Notes under the pieces: model-generated
Database searches by the model: none
Told to the model about the DNA's origin: nothing
What the model saw: the letters and a program-made list of their open reading frames with translations, nothing else
Shown: piece after piece, positions 8,535 to 17,388 of the stretch
Layout of the letters: every line of letters begins with the position of its first letter
Numbering within the stretch: position 1 is the first letter of the stretch
Program-made: the position numbers and the translations under genes
NCBI GenBank assembly: GCA_044450345.1
Contig: JBIOIY010000008.1
Location: 8,736-72,735, forward strand
Source: Thermodesulfovibrionales bacterium
GTDB lineage: Bacteria > Nitrospirota > Thermodesulfovibrionia > Thermodesulfovibrionales > UBA6898
Reading direction: 5' to 3'
DNA: 64,000 nt

Positions 8535-10018
8535 ATGGCCAGTTTACCCCTATACCCGCTAAATCGGCTCAACCACTCAAACACCGCCCAGGTTGCCTTC
8601 AAATCCTCTTCGTTATATTTGAGAATATCATTCATAATATCCCGTCTTTTCTGTTCATCCTCCGTCTCAACCGCCTCGATATACTTCGCAATCGACCAGT
8701 CGCCGCCGTATTCTTCCTGCGTTCTCTTGAAGCCGACATGTTTTTCGACGACCTTGAGGCTATAGCTCGGCTGAGGCAATATGACCGCATCTCTCGTTAT
8801 TGGCAACAGATCAACAAGGTTAGCCAGCACTCTATCGGCGATTCCATCTATGTCGCCATAACGTTTTATGTATGTGTTTATTTTTGTCTTCTCGTAATGA
8901 TGCCAATGTACAAAGGGGATGTCTCCATATTCGGCAAATATCTTTCCCGCAATCTTCAGAAAATCTTTCCAGCCTTTATTGTCTCCATCGATGCCAGTTT
9001 CGGCGAGTGAATAAAGAAATCCACTCGGCTTCTCACCGAATACCTGCATCCCCCAAAGATAGATTTTATCCAGCTCGTCCAACTGCGGAGGCAACCCTTC
9101 GAGATCGAACATCACGTAATTCTTCGAAGACGGAATTTCCGGTCTCTTGACGACAATCTCTTTATTTTCGAGCATTGCCTTCGCCTGCAAGATTATTCCC
9201 CCGGCTTTCTTCCCGACCTTTTGTTCCCGCGCTCCCCACGGTCGCTTCAGTTCCGACAGGCTGCTCTCATCGTATTTCGTCGCAAGGTCCTTGATCGTCG
9301 AGACTCCCAATTCCCTTAACCGTCTCGCAAGCCCCTGGTCAACATCCGGAAGGAGTGCCACTGACTGAGACTCTTCAGCCCGTTTAACGCAAAAATCATT
9401 GTACCCGCATCCTCCGCACTTGGACCATCCCACGGGCGAATAGGGCTCTTCCGGCAAAGTAATGATTTTTAACAAGCCGCGCAATTGTGAAAGGGCGGCA
9501 GCTTCACCCTCGTAATCGATCCGTTCAATATCACCATCGCCCTTTAGCACCTCAAGCCGCAATGGACGTTTGCCGGTCGTTTTTTCAAAAAGCCAGCCGT
9601 ATATTTGCAACTGTCTGGGTATCTCAGGATGGTCTTTTTCGGAGGCATGGCGGGCGAGTTTGCAGTCTCGGACCAAATACCCTTCCCCTTCTTTGATTAA
9701 AAAGTCCGGAATGCCGACAACCTCTATCATTCTACCGTCAATTTGGACGTTGGAGTTCAGCGAGCCCTGATAAATAACAGGGCTTCCTTTCCGAATTTCT
9801 TCTAGCGACTTTTCAGCGGGCATGCCCGTCAGATCGAAGAATTCGGGGAAGGTTGCAAGGTGGTTCTTCTCATGTCTTTTCCCAAGCCGGAAAATGACCT
9901 GCTCGAACGCCCCCGGTGGGGCAGGCTCGACCCCTTTACAATTAAGATAAAGCCGCAGTTCACACGATGAAGGGCTGTAAAGGCTATAAAAATACGAAGG
10001 TGTGATTTGTAAGGTCAT
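8531..10018 (-). CDS. TM0106-family RecB/Cas4-like nuclease with HhH and RNase H-like C-terminal domain
   Basis: GIPDFL...VRDCKLA, QLQIYG; N-terminal Cys plus CGGCGYNDFC (Cas4/AddB-like Fe-S ligands); FDLEG, SYSLKVV, YNEEDL. Confidence 0.88.
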   Translation of the reverse strand: MTLQITPSYFYSLYSPSSCELRLYLNCKGVEPAPPGAFEQVIFRLGKRHEKNHLATFPEFFDLTGMPAEKSLEEIRKGSPVIYQGSLNSNVQIDGRMIEVVGIPDFLIKEGEGYLVRDCKLARHASEKDHPEIPRQLQIYGWLFEKTTGKRPLRLEVLKGDGDIERIDYEGEAAALSQLRGLLKIITLPEEPYSPVGWSKCGGCGYNDFCVKRAEESQSVALLPDVDQGLARRLRELGVSTIKDLATKYDESSLSELKRPWGAREQKVGKKAGGIILQAKAMLENKEIVVKRPEIPSSKNYVMFDLEGLPPQLDELDKIYLWGMQVFGEKPSGFLYSLAETGIDGDNKGWKDFLKIAGKIFAEYGDIPFVHWHHYEKTKINTYIKRYGDIDGIADRVLANLVDLLPITRDAVILPQPSYSLKVVEKHVGFKRTQEEYGGDWSIAKYIEAVETEDEQKRRDIMNDILKYNEEDLKATWAVFEWLSRFSGYRGKLAI

Positions 10019-10096
10019 CGATCCGTCCCCATTTTACCAGCCAAACTTCTTCCATCTCTCTCTGACAATCCCGCTCCCTCAGCAAAGATTTTCATT

Positions 10097-10126
10097 ATGA
10101 TATGCCAGGAGTGTTGGAAAGCGCAA
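10097..10126 (-). promoter_or_regulatory. Putative sigma70 promoter of TM0106 operon
   Basis: TTGCGC-N18-TATCAT; both hexamers are conserved in the second copy near 50022-50051 while the spacer differs. Confidence 0.55.
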
Positions 10127-10309
10127 TAGCGGCTGGAAGCAATTTTTCAATAGTGCCTTCGTATCAATAAATGGGGACAGCGCCGATTGTCAGTTCCAAT
10201 AGGAAATTCTCGTTTCGGAGACGGTCGTTTCAGCGCAGTTATAAGGTGTTCTTCTGCCTTTTCCTCGTCTCCGTTATATCGCGGGAAATATCGGGTAGTG
10301 GGTCAGACC

Positions 10310-10500
10310 TTCCCTTTCCCCTCAACGCCCGAATCAGGCCATTCAATACCTTCTCGGGTTCGACGATCTTTGGTTCTAACAGTTCCGTATCCTGGTCGCG
10401 CAAGAACCCCAAGCGCTTTGACAAACCTATTTGATAATGCAGTTCCCTCCGTGATCCGAACGCCATATGAAGGAATCGAAGGTAATCTGCCTGGAGTCTC
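10310..10500 (-). pseudogene. Four helix bundle (23S rRNA IVP-like) protein, C-terminal fragment
   Basis: QADYLRFLHMAFGSRRELHYQIGLSKRLGFL...EKVLNGLIRALR; N-terminal half absent. Confidence 0.75.
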
Positions 10501-10588
10501 TTAAGCTTGATGTCGCAAATTGCGACTTCGAGTTTGTCCACTCCGCAGAGGTTAACTGAAAAGCGAAATCCGCAGGAAATCTGTCGCT
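10501..10588 (-). pseudogene. ORF6N domain internal fragment
   Basis: DRFPADFAFQLTSAEWTNSKSQFATSS matches ORF6N RFPxDFxFQLT...SQFxTSS; compare 49504-49896. Confidence 0.75.
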
Positions 10589-10644
10589 TATCAACCTCTT
10601 ATAGGAAACGGTTCGGTTGTGGTAAAATTGCATGTGAGGTTTTT

Positions 10645-10938
10645 ATGACTGAAACCCAGACAATAATCAGAGAGATCGAGAAGGGTCTGCCTGTTCTCAG
10701 AGATAAGTATGGGATCAGAAAGATCGGCATCTTCGGTTCCTATCTACGCGGAGAACAGAAGAGGAAAAGCGATCTGGATATTTTGGTGGATTTTGAAAAG
10801 ACGGTGTCGTTCTTTGAGTTTCTCGCATTGGAAGGCGAGTTAAGCAGGCTTACCGGCAAGAAAGTGGATCTCGTGATGAAAACTGCGCTGAAGCCTGGAA
10901 TCGGGAAACATATTCTTCGCGAGGTTGTGTATCTTTGA
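10645..10938 (+). CDS. Minimal nucleotidyltransferase (MNT antitoxin)
   Basis: IGIFGSYLRGEQKRKSDLDILVDF, KVDLVM; GAGGT SD before ATG 10645. Confidence 0.9.
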   Translation: MTETQTIIREIEKGLPVLRDKYGIRKIGIFGSYLRGEQKRKSDLDILVDFEKTVSFFEFLALEGELSRLTGKKVDLVMKTALKPGIGKHILREVVYL

Positions 10939-10961
10939 GGAAGCGGGAGTTTGCCGACTAA
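10935..10961 (+). pseudogene. 8-codon stub of probable HEPN/DUF86 toxin
   Basis: TTGA overlap with MNT stop, then (M)RKREFAD-stop, like DUF86 N-termini. Confidence 0.5.
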
Positions 10962-11090
10962 CGCCGACCGCCCTTCTGTTTTTGACATTCTAATTTGGAA
11001 TCTCAAAGAGTCAGCTTCTTCTTGTGCGGGTTATGCATGGTACAATTTACAACAAGAGACTCATATGCCTGTGAAGGTAATACAAAAGCG

Positions 11091-11117
11091 ATCAGCTATC
11101 AGCAATCAGCAATCAGC
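11091..11117 (+). repeat. Heptamer tandem repeat (ATCAGCW x4)
   Basis: ATCAGCT ATCAGCA ATCAGCA ATCAGC. Confidence 0.85.
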
Positions 11118-11132
11118 GCTAAAATTAAGACT

Positions 11133-11516
11133 GTGAATCGCAATAAACAAAAGATAAGAATCATAATTAAGGATATCGTGCTCGATGCCGAGCTTTTCGA
11201 GACCGCGACGGCAAAGGCCGTTGCCGCTTCGCTTCCTATTGAAGTGAAACCCAATAAATGGGGAGACGAGTTTTATTTCGAAATCCCGGTCAGGATGCCC
11301 CTCGATGACTCTGCAACGACAAAGGTATCGGTCGGCGACATAGGCTATTGGCCGCCGGGCAACGCTCTTGCAATCTTTTTCGGGCCGACTCCTATGAGCA
11401 AGGGCCCTGAGCCGGTACCTGCAAGCGAAGTAAATATCGTAGGGAGGATCGCCGGCGACGCAACTATTTTAAGAAGGGCAAAAGGTTCGTCGTTCATAAG
11501 ACTTGAGAGATCCTGA
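11133..11516 (+). CDS. Cyclophilin-like fold protein (DUF369/TM1367-like)
   Basis: WGDEFYF, GDIGYWPPGNALAIFFGPTP, PASEVNIVG; likely GTG start at 11133. Confidence 0.85.
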   Translation: MNRNKQKIRIIIKDIVLDAELFETATAKAVAASLPIEVKPNKWGDEFYFEIPVRMPLDDSATTKVSVGDIGYWPPGNALAIFFGPTPMSKGPEPVPASEVNIVGRIAGDATILRRAKGSSFIRLERS

Positions 11517-11592
11517 TCATCCGGGTTAGGGCGCGTCCCAAGGAAGCGATAGTATCTTCCCGCCGGGTAATTGTACTATACTTCCTTTTATC

Positions 11593-12339
11593 ATGACCGG
11601 CAGAGAACAGCTCTATGAGACCATTACCCTTGCCGTTATCGTCTTGCTTGTGGATTTCTTCGAGCGAAGCAGCCCAGGATTTGCCGTCGACCGAAAACGA
11701 AATCTGCCGCTGAACATCATGGCTATCCTTGTGGTCGTTGTAGCGGGGGAGACATGGAAGATACTGCTGGCACACGGGTTTGATTTCCTCTCCCTGGGCA
11801 AGGCGCAATCCCTGCCGACTCTTCGCGGTCTTTCCGGCGCGGTCAAGATATTCTTAGGTGTCGTGCTCGCTGACTTCTGTCTCTACTGGGTTCACCGGGC
11901 GATGCATCGGCCAGCCCTCTGGCCCACTCATATCTTTCATCATTCCATAGAACAGCTCTGGTGGCTTTCGGGATCACGGACGAGCGCGACACACCTACTT
12001 CTTTTTGCCGTGCCGCAAATCTTTATCGTCAACTATCTCCTCGCCTTTACCCCGGAGGAGGCAGGCGTCGGTTTTTCCATTGGTGTAGTGGTCAATATCT
12101 GGATTCATGCAAACCTATGGGTGAACCTCGGACCTCTGGAGTGGCTGATCATCACCCCTAACTTCCACAGGATTCACCACGGTTCCCGGGGCCTTTCGAA
12201 CACGAACCTCGGGTTCATCTTCACCCTCTGGGATCGCATCTTTGGAACCTATGTCGATCCGCGCCTGCAGGGGAAAGATTTTACCCTCGGCTACGCCTCA
12301 ACACGCGGCCGCCTGCTACGGATGGCGGCGGGGTTCTGA
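11593..12339 (+). CDS. Sterol desaturase / fatty acid hydroxylase family membrane protein
   Basis: His boxes YWVHRAMH, HIFHH, IHAN, FHRIHH; WDRIFGT. Confidence 0.9.
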   Translation: MTGREQLYETITLAVIVLLVDFFERSSPGFAVDRKRNLPLNIMAILVVVVAGETWKILLAHGFDFLSLGKAQSLPTLRGLSGAVKIFLGVVLADFCLYWVHRAMHRPALWPTHIFHHSIEQLWWLSGSRTSATHLLLFAVPQIFIVNYLLAFTPEEAGVGFSIGVVVNIWIHANLWVNLGPLEWLIITPNFHRIHHGSRGLSNTNLGFIFTLWDRIFGTYVDPRLQGKDFTLGYASTRGRLLRMAAGF

Positions 12340-12358
12340 GTCAAGACACACTAGCGCC

Positions 12359-12462
12359 GCCCGACTTCCCGATCCGGATTAATGTATATACCCGAAAAAC
12401 CTCATCAACTCGCCCGCTATCTCATCAAAGTGTCTGTTCATGCCTTCGGACCATTCCTCTTT
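12359..12462 (-). repeat. Displaced copy of last 28 codons plus 20 nt downstream of gene 16454..17155
   Basis: 95/104 nt identical to 16434-16537 (manual alignment); frame and TAA stop preserved. Confidence 0.9.
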
Positions 12463-12655
12463 GGCATGGGCAGGCCTTGTATATTTGTATTTGAAGGTCG
12501 ACGGAAGAAACAACAGGCCGCTTTATAGGCTGCGCCTCTTCTCATTTCTTCCGAAAATCGATAAAAGTTTCGTCGACTAACACCTGTTGGTTCTCAGGTG
12601 TTAAAAAACTCTCAGCAGTTCTGACAGCATTAATTCCTTCTGGCCTGCGGTATTC

Positions 12656-13471
12656 TTATTCAGGGCTCTTTGATAACATAAAAAAGACGATCCCGATTCC
12701 AAGAAAGACCAGCATGAGAAATAGCGCAAAGTTTTTCCTGAAGAGGAGTTGACGGGAGAAGTCCTTTATTTGCGAGGCGATCTGGTCCAGCTTTTTTATG
12801 AACCCATCGGTCCTGTCCTTGATGAGAGAGACATCGACAGAATGAAAGAGAGTACGAAATTCGGCCTCGGTATTGAAGAGGGTTTTTTCCTGGTCCTCTG
12901 TAAACACTCCGGCCCGTTTAAGCTCCTTGATGCCTTCTTCTACGTCCCTTATCTTCTTTTCGGTCAAAAAGAGGGCCTGCTTCATCGTCTTGGCCCTTTC
13001 ATACGTATGGCATTGCGTGCAACGCTTTTCATTGATTATGTCGATATCGGCCTTCTGTATCCCGTGAGATCCGTGGCAGGTGACGCAATTAGGCCCGCTT
13101 TGAGTTGATTGCAGCGCCTTCCCGTGACCGCCCTCCAGATAGTTTTTCAGAATTCCGATATGACATTTTCCGCAGAATTGAGGGACCTCTGTATAGCCCG
13201 GTTTTCCTACGAAACCTTTCTCGGGTGACATTGCCGTATCAGCGTCCTTAGGGTCCCCGCCATGACAGTTATGACAGGAGACATCATTTTGGTAATGCCA
13301 GCTCTTTCTCCATTCCGACGGAATAGACCTAAGACCGGGGTTCATCATATCGGAGTCATGACAGCCGAGACAGACTGTTTCTTCCTGCCCTCCGCCGCCC
13401 TGCGCAGACACCGCCGCCGTCACAAAAAAAATCATCACGGCTGTTATTAAAAGAGGAAGGCTATATTTCAT
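12656..13471 (-). CDS. Pentaheme c-type cytochrome with signal peptide and C-terminal membrane anchor
   Basis: CLGCH, CHNCH, CGKCH, CVTCH, CTQCH; start MKYSLP overlaps cytochrome b stop (ATGA). Confidence 0.9.
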   Translation of the reverse strand: MKYSLPLLITAVMIFFVTAAVSAQGGGGQEETVCLGCHDSDMMNPGLRSIPSEWRKSWHYQNDVSCHNCHGGDPKDADTAMSPEKGFVGKPGYTEVPQFCGKCHIGILKNYLEGGHGKALQSTQSGPNCVTCHGSHGIQKADIDIINEKRCTQCHTYERAKTMKQALFLTEKKIRDVEEGIKELKRAGVFTEDQEKTLFNTEAEFRTLFHSVDVSLIKDRTDGFIKKLDQIASQIKDFSRQLLFRKNFALFLMLVFLGIGIVFFMLSKSPE

Positions 13472-14562
13472 GAATACCGTCCCCAGATCGTAAATGTAAT
13501 CCACGTGAGTATTGACAGGATGACAAGTGTCCGCAGAAGAGGCCGCTTCAGGATATTCTCCTCTTCTTTTGTGTCGAAGAAAGGCCAAAGGATGAATAAC
13601 GCCACAAGAACGATCTGTATGCTGATTCCGAGGAGTTTATTCGGAACGATCTTGAGCATCTGGTAAGGCGCCAGGAAGTACCATTCGGGTTTTATGTGCG
13701 CCGGGGTCTTAAACGGATCTGCCGGCGTATTGGCATCTTCGGGCAGAAAAAGAGTCGGCAGAAAGCTGATGATGAAAAACATCAGTACAAAATAGGCGGC
13801 CACCATACACATCTCTTTTTGCACAAAGTAAGGATAAAAAGGATGACCGCCGGCATGACTTTCATGCCTGTATTGCGTCCAGGTTTTTTTTTCTTCACCG
13901 GATGTGCCGAAGGGGGGCGAAGAAATACCTATCCGTCTGATCAGAAAAAGATGTATCGCGACAAAAGACAGAAGGAGCAGGGGGAGAAAGGTGACGTGGA
14001 GCGCAAAGAACCTGTTCAGGGTTGTCCCGGAGACGGTTTCCCCGCCTCTTAACATCCGGGCAATGAATTCGCCCATATAAGGGAATGCGGTCGGTATGGT
14101 AGTGACAATGGTTGTTGCCCAATAGCTCAGCTGGCTCCAGGGAAGGAGATAACCGCTAAGGCAGAAGGTGAGGGTGGTAAGCAGCATAACCGATCCCACA
14201 ACCCATGTCAGCTCCCTGGGCTTCTTATAGCTTCCCATAAAGAACACTGAGAGCATATGAAGTAAGACAACCGCCACCATAAGATTGCTTCCGACCGCAT
14301 GCATCTGTCTGAAGAGCCAGCCGTAGGGGACCTTGTTCATAATATCCTGGACGCTCCTGAAGGCATAGTCGGAATGGGGGACATAATAAATGAGGAGAAA
14401 AAACCCCGTGATGATCTGGGATATGAGGGCGGCGAGAGCGACGAAGCCGAGGGTATAAAAGATGTTGATATTCCTCGGGACCATATATTCGGTAAGCTGG
14501 GTCTTGATGAGTTCATCAAGTCCGATCCTTATTTCCAACCACTTTCTTATATTGCCTATCAT
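13468..14562 (-). CDS. petB: Cytochrome b of a Rieske/cytochrome b complex (fused b6 + subunit IV type)
   Basis: RQMHAVGSN, LLHML, GYLLPWSQLSYW, RFFALH, IHL, HIKPEWYF. Confidence 0.92.
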   Translation of the reverse strand: MIGNIRKWLEIRIGLDELIKTQLTEYMVPRNINIFYTLGFVALAALISQIITGFFLLIYYVPHSDYAFRSVQDIMNKVPYGWLFRQMHAVGSNLMVAVVLLHMLSVFFMGSYKKPRELTWVVGSVMLLTTLTFCLSGYLLPWSQLSYWATTIVTTIPTAFPYMGEFIARMLRGGETVSGTTLNRFFALHVTFLPLLLLSFVAIHLFLIRRIGISSPPFGTSGEEKKTWTQYRHESHAGGHPFYPYFVQKEMCMVAAYFVLMFFIISFLPTLFLPEDANTPADPFKTPAHIKPEWYFLAPYQMLKIVPNKLLGISIQIVLVALFILWPFFDTKEEENILKRPLLRTLVILSILTWITFTIWGRYS

Positions 14563-14566
14563 ATAT

Positions 14567-14977
14567 TCACCCTATCAGGATTTCCTCTCCCTCCACCTTC
14601 ACAGGGAACTTCCGGAGGGGTTTCGGCGGCGGACCGGAGACAACGTTCCCGTCGAGGGAATACACTCCCGCATGACAGGGGCAGAGCAGCCTGCCTTTGA
14701 TCTTGTCATATTCGACAAGACACCCGAGGTGGGTGCAGATTTTTGAAAGGACTATAAACCCCTTGTCGGGAGTATTGATAATAATCGACGGGATTTTGTT
14801 GACGACGATGTCTTTGGCAGACCCTGCAGGGACCTCACTCCTCTTAATAACGACCTTTTTGCCTTCCGCCTCCCCGCTCGGGGGAGCCAGAAATCTTACA
14901 AGGGGATAAATGAATGCAGCAAAAAGTGTTGTGCCGAGCAGAGCAAGCAGTGATTTTAAGAATCTTCGCCTATTCAT
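14567..14977 (-). CDS. Rieske 2Fe-2S protein with Tat signal
   Basis: MNRRRFL; CTHLGC and CPCHAG. Confidence 0.95.
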   Translation of the reverse strand: MNRRRFLKSLLALLGTTLFAAFIYPLVRFLAPPSGEAEGKKVVIKRSEVPAGSAKDIVVNKIPSIIINTPDKGFIVLSKICTHLGCLVEYDKIKGRLLCPCHAGVYSLDGNVVSGPPPKPLRKFPVKVEGEEILIG

Positions 14978-14996
14978 CGTATTTCCGTTGTCCTGT

Positions 14997-15093
14997 ATGA
15001 AGAACCCTGTGGCAAGACCGCAGGGTATCTTAACGCAATGATGTCTTCTTTATCATATTCGCTCGCTAACCCCGCAGCAAGCAACGGGGAATG
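14997..15093 (-). mobile_element. Non-autonomous IS200/IS605-type two-hairpin element
   Basis: Minus strand ATTCCCCGTTGCTTGCTGCGGGGTTAG...GATACCCTGCGGTCTTGCCACAGGGTTCTTCAT matches the IS end at 63862-63893. Confidence 0.7.
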
Positions 15094-15173
15094 CGCGCTA
15101 TCCGTTTCAACCTAAATAAAGTGTATGCTGACAAGGCTTACCTGTCAAATAACAGTCTCGCCTGAGAGAATTC

Positions 15174-15199
15174 AGGGCGAGGCAGCGCCTCGCCCCTAC
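15174..15199 (-). repeat. GTAG-family REP palindrome
   Basis: GTAGGGGCGAGGCGCTGCCTCGCCCT on minus strand. Confidence 0.75.
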
Positions 15200-15273
15200 A
15201 TGGTACTGCTGGACAACTTTTATCTTTCATCCGGATCAGGGCGCGTACCCAAAAAACCTCATTATCCCGCCCG

Positions 15274-16320
15274 CTATACGGAAGTCTCCTCAGAGGGGAC
15301 CACCTCTTTTTCAAGCCTCTCCTGCCCCCGGACAACCGTGATCTTGACCGGCTTGCCTGCGGGCCATTCGCCCAGAAAGTGATGAATGTGGTCCACACTG
15401 CTGACCTCCTGGTCGTTGATGGCGACGATGAGATCGCCTTCCCTGATGCCGCTCTTTGCTGCAGGACTGTCGAGCATAACCGACACAACCTCCACGGCAA
15501 AGTCGCTTTTCAGATTATGAAATCTGACCGCCCGCCTGCTGAGGGGCCGCTGCTGGGCAGTAATGCCCAGATATCCGCGACGCACCCTGCCATGGGTCAG
15601 CAACTGGGACACTACCCATTTGGCGGTGTTTGACGGAATGGAAAAACCGATACCTTGGGCCATCATGATGATCGCCGTGTTTATGCCGACGATCAACCCT
15701 CCGGAATCGACCAGCGGGCCGCCCGAATTGCCGGGATTGAGAGGTGCGGTATGCTGAATGATGCTCTCGATGAGCCGTCCCTGTTGGCTTCGCAAGGCCC
15801 GGCCGAGCGCACTTACTACGCCTGTAGACACCGTGGACTGGAACCCAAACGGATTGCCTATGGCGATGATCAACTGCCCCACACGCAGCAAGCCCGAATC
15901 GCCGAGTGTCGCATACGGCAGGCCCGAACCTTCGGCGCGGACCACCGCCAGGTCAGTATGCGGGTCGACGCCGACAAGCGTCGCCGGCAGCGTCGTCCCG
16001 TTCGTAAGCGTAACAGACAGTTGTCCCGCGTTATGGACGACATGATCATTGGTAAGGATGTAGCCGTCCGGAGCGATCAGAACGCCGGAGCCAGAGCCGA
16101 TCCGTTGCGGTCCGTTCCCCGGGGACTGTATCCCGGCGTACACGGCGACAACCGCAGGCCCTACGGCGTCGACTACCGTGATGACCGCCCGCGAGTATGC
16201 GTCGAGAAGCTCCACCGCAGGCTTCTCATTTTCTTTTATCCTGCAGCGGTGCTCTTCGCCCTTTACTTCCCCTTCGCCCTTGACGAGTTTCATTACACGT
16301 TGCAGAGATTCTTCGTCCAT
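15274..16320 (-). CDS. HtrA/S1C serine protease with one PDZ domain, no signal peptide
   Basis: TNDHVV, DLAVV, NPGNSGGPL; PDZ C-terminus. Confidence 0.92.
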   Translation of the reverse strand: MDEESLQRVMKLVKGEGEVKGEEHRCRIKENEKPAVELLDAYSRAVITVVDAVGPAVVAVYAGIQSPGNGPQRIGSGSGVLIAPDGYILTNDHVVHNAGQLSVTLTNGTTLPATLVGVDPHTDLAVVRAEGSGLPYATLGDSGLLRVGQLIIAIGNPFGFQSTVSTGVVSALGRALRSQQGRLIESIIQHTAPLNPGNSGGPLVDSGGLIVGINTAIIMMAQGIGFSIPSNTAKWVVSQLLTHGRVRRGYLGITAQQRPLSRRAVRFHNLKSDFAVEVVSVMLDSPAAKSGIREGDLIVAINDQEVSSVDHIHHFLGEWPAGKPVKITVVRGQERLEKEVVPSEETSV

Positions 16321-16453
16321 TCCTTACCACCCCTTCCAAGCAGATTGCAGTCTCGTACACTTTGAATTCGTCTCTACTTCCAGAATAGCCGAAGTGAGAT
16401 AATATTCAATCCCTGACACGTAAGAGAGGTCGCGCCCGACTTCCCGATCCGGA

Positions 16454-17155
16454 TTAATGTATGTACCCGAATAACCTCATCATCCCGCCTGCTATCTCAT
16501 CAAAGTCCCTGTTCATGCCGTCGGACCATTCCTCCTTAGGAGGCAACGCAAAAGACGGGTTTGCGTTGAGTCCTTTCTCCGCCAGGGTCCTATCCTCGAT
16601 CCCCATCCCTGTAAACGCCCCGATCCTGTCGAGGGTTTCGGGTTCCCTCATATCCTCGACCTTAACGATGAGCTTTCGGCTTTCGTGCACGGTCTTCAGG
16701 CCCTCTAAGGCCCGCGTGTTCCTGAAGACCCATATCCATGCATTCTTTTGAAAAGGAGTCATGGACGGCCATTTTTCATAATAGGGATCGTCGCGAAGCG
16801 GGACTGTTCCAAACATATTTTGTTCATGCCACCTGCGACTTAGCGCAGATCTTACAAAATCTTTTCCGTTCCTTACCAAAAGAATTATCCTCGTAGAAGG
16901 GTCAAGCGCGTACAGGGCGTCGATAAAATAGATATAGAGATTCGATGAATCGATGAAGGTCCTGCGTTCTATCCCCTGGTGAAGATCGAGCATCGCCTCG
17001 ATCCTTTTTTGGATGCTCCGGAAGGGGTCTGAGATAAGGGCGGCATTCAGGAAATATTTATCGAGCAGGTATTGCACCCTGAATTCGTGATGGCCTTTTA
17101 ACATCCCTGCAAGTGTGGCGGTCCCGCACCTCCCCGTGCCTGTTATGATAAGCAT
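16454..17155 (-). CDS. Sulfotransferase-like P-loop protein
   Basis: ITGTGRCGTATL (5'-PSB-like), LLVRNGKDFVRS (3'-PB-like). Confidence 0.7.
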   Translation of the reverse strand: MLIITGTGRCGTATLAGMLKGHHEFRVQYLLDKYFLNAALISDPFRSIQKRIEAMLDLHQGIERRTFIDSSNLYIYFIDALYALDPSTRIILLVRNGKDFVRSALSRRWHEQNMFGTVPLRDDPYYEKWPSMTPFQKNAWIWVFRNTRALEGLKTVHESRKLIVKVEDMREPETLDRIGAFTGMGIEDRTLAEKGLNANPSFALPPKEEWSDGMNRDFDEIAGGMMRLFGYIH

Positions 17156-17388
17156 TTTGTCTCCATGTTACATCGATACCTCAACGCGTTTAAACGGTTT
17201 TCTCTACCCCTTCAAAAATCCTGCGCCGCAGTGCATATCTTTTTTTAATCAATGCCGGGCGCTGTTGTCAAGAACACCCGGACACTGTGGGTCAGATAAC
17301 TTGGCACGGCGACGTTGCGGGAAACCTCTCCGGAGAGTTAATATATCTCCTTTCAATACCGACAAAGGACGCCAAGGAGAACGACTAA

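Noticed and set aside
8531..10018. CRISPR-associated Cas4
   Set aside because: Cas4-like cysteines are present, but length, HhH and RNase H-like domains fit TM0106; no cas1 or array.
10021..10180. AAATGGGGAC inverted pair as transposon ends
   Set aside because: Only about 10 nt match, with no target duplication or transposase; one copy doubles as the TM0106 SD.
12359..16537. Diversity-generating retroelement TR/VR pair
   Set aside because: The 9 mismatches are not adenine-specific in either direction, and there is no reverse transcriptase in the window.
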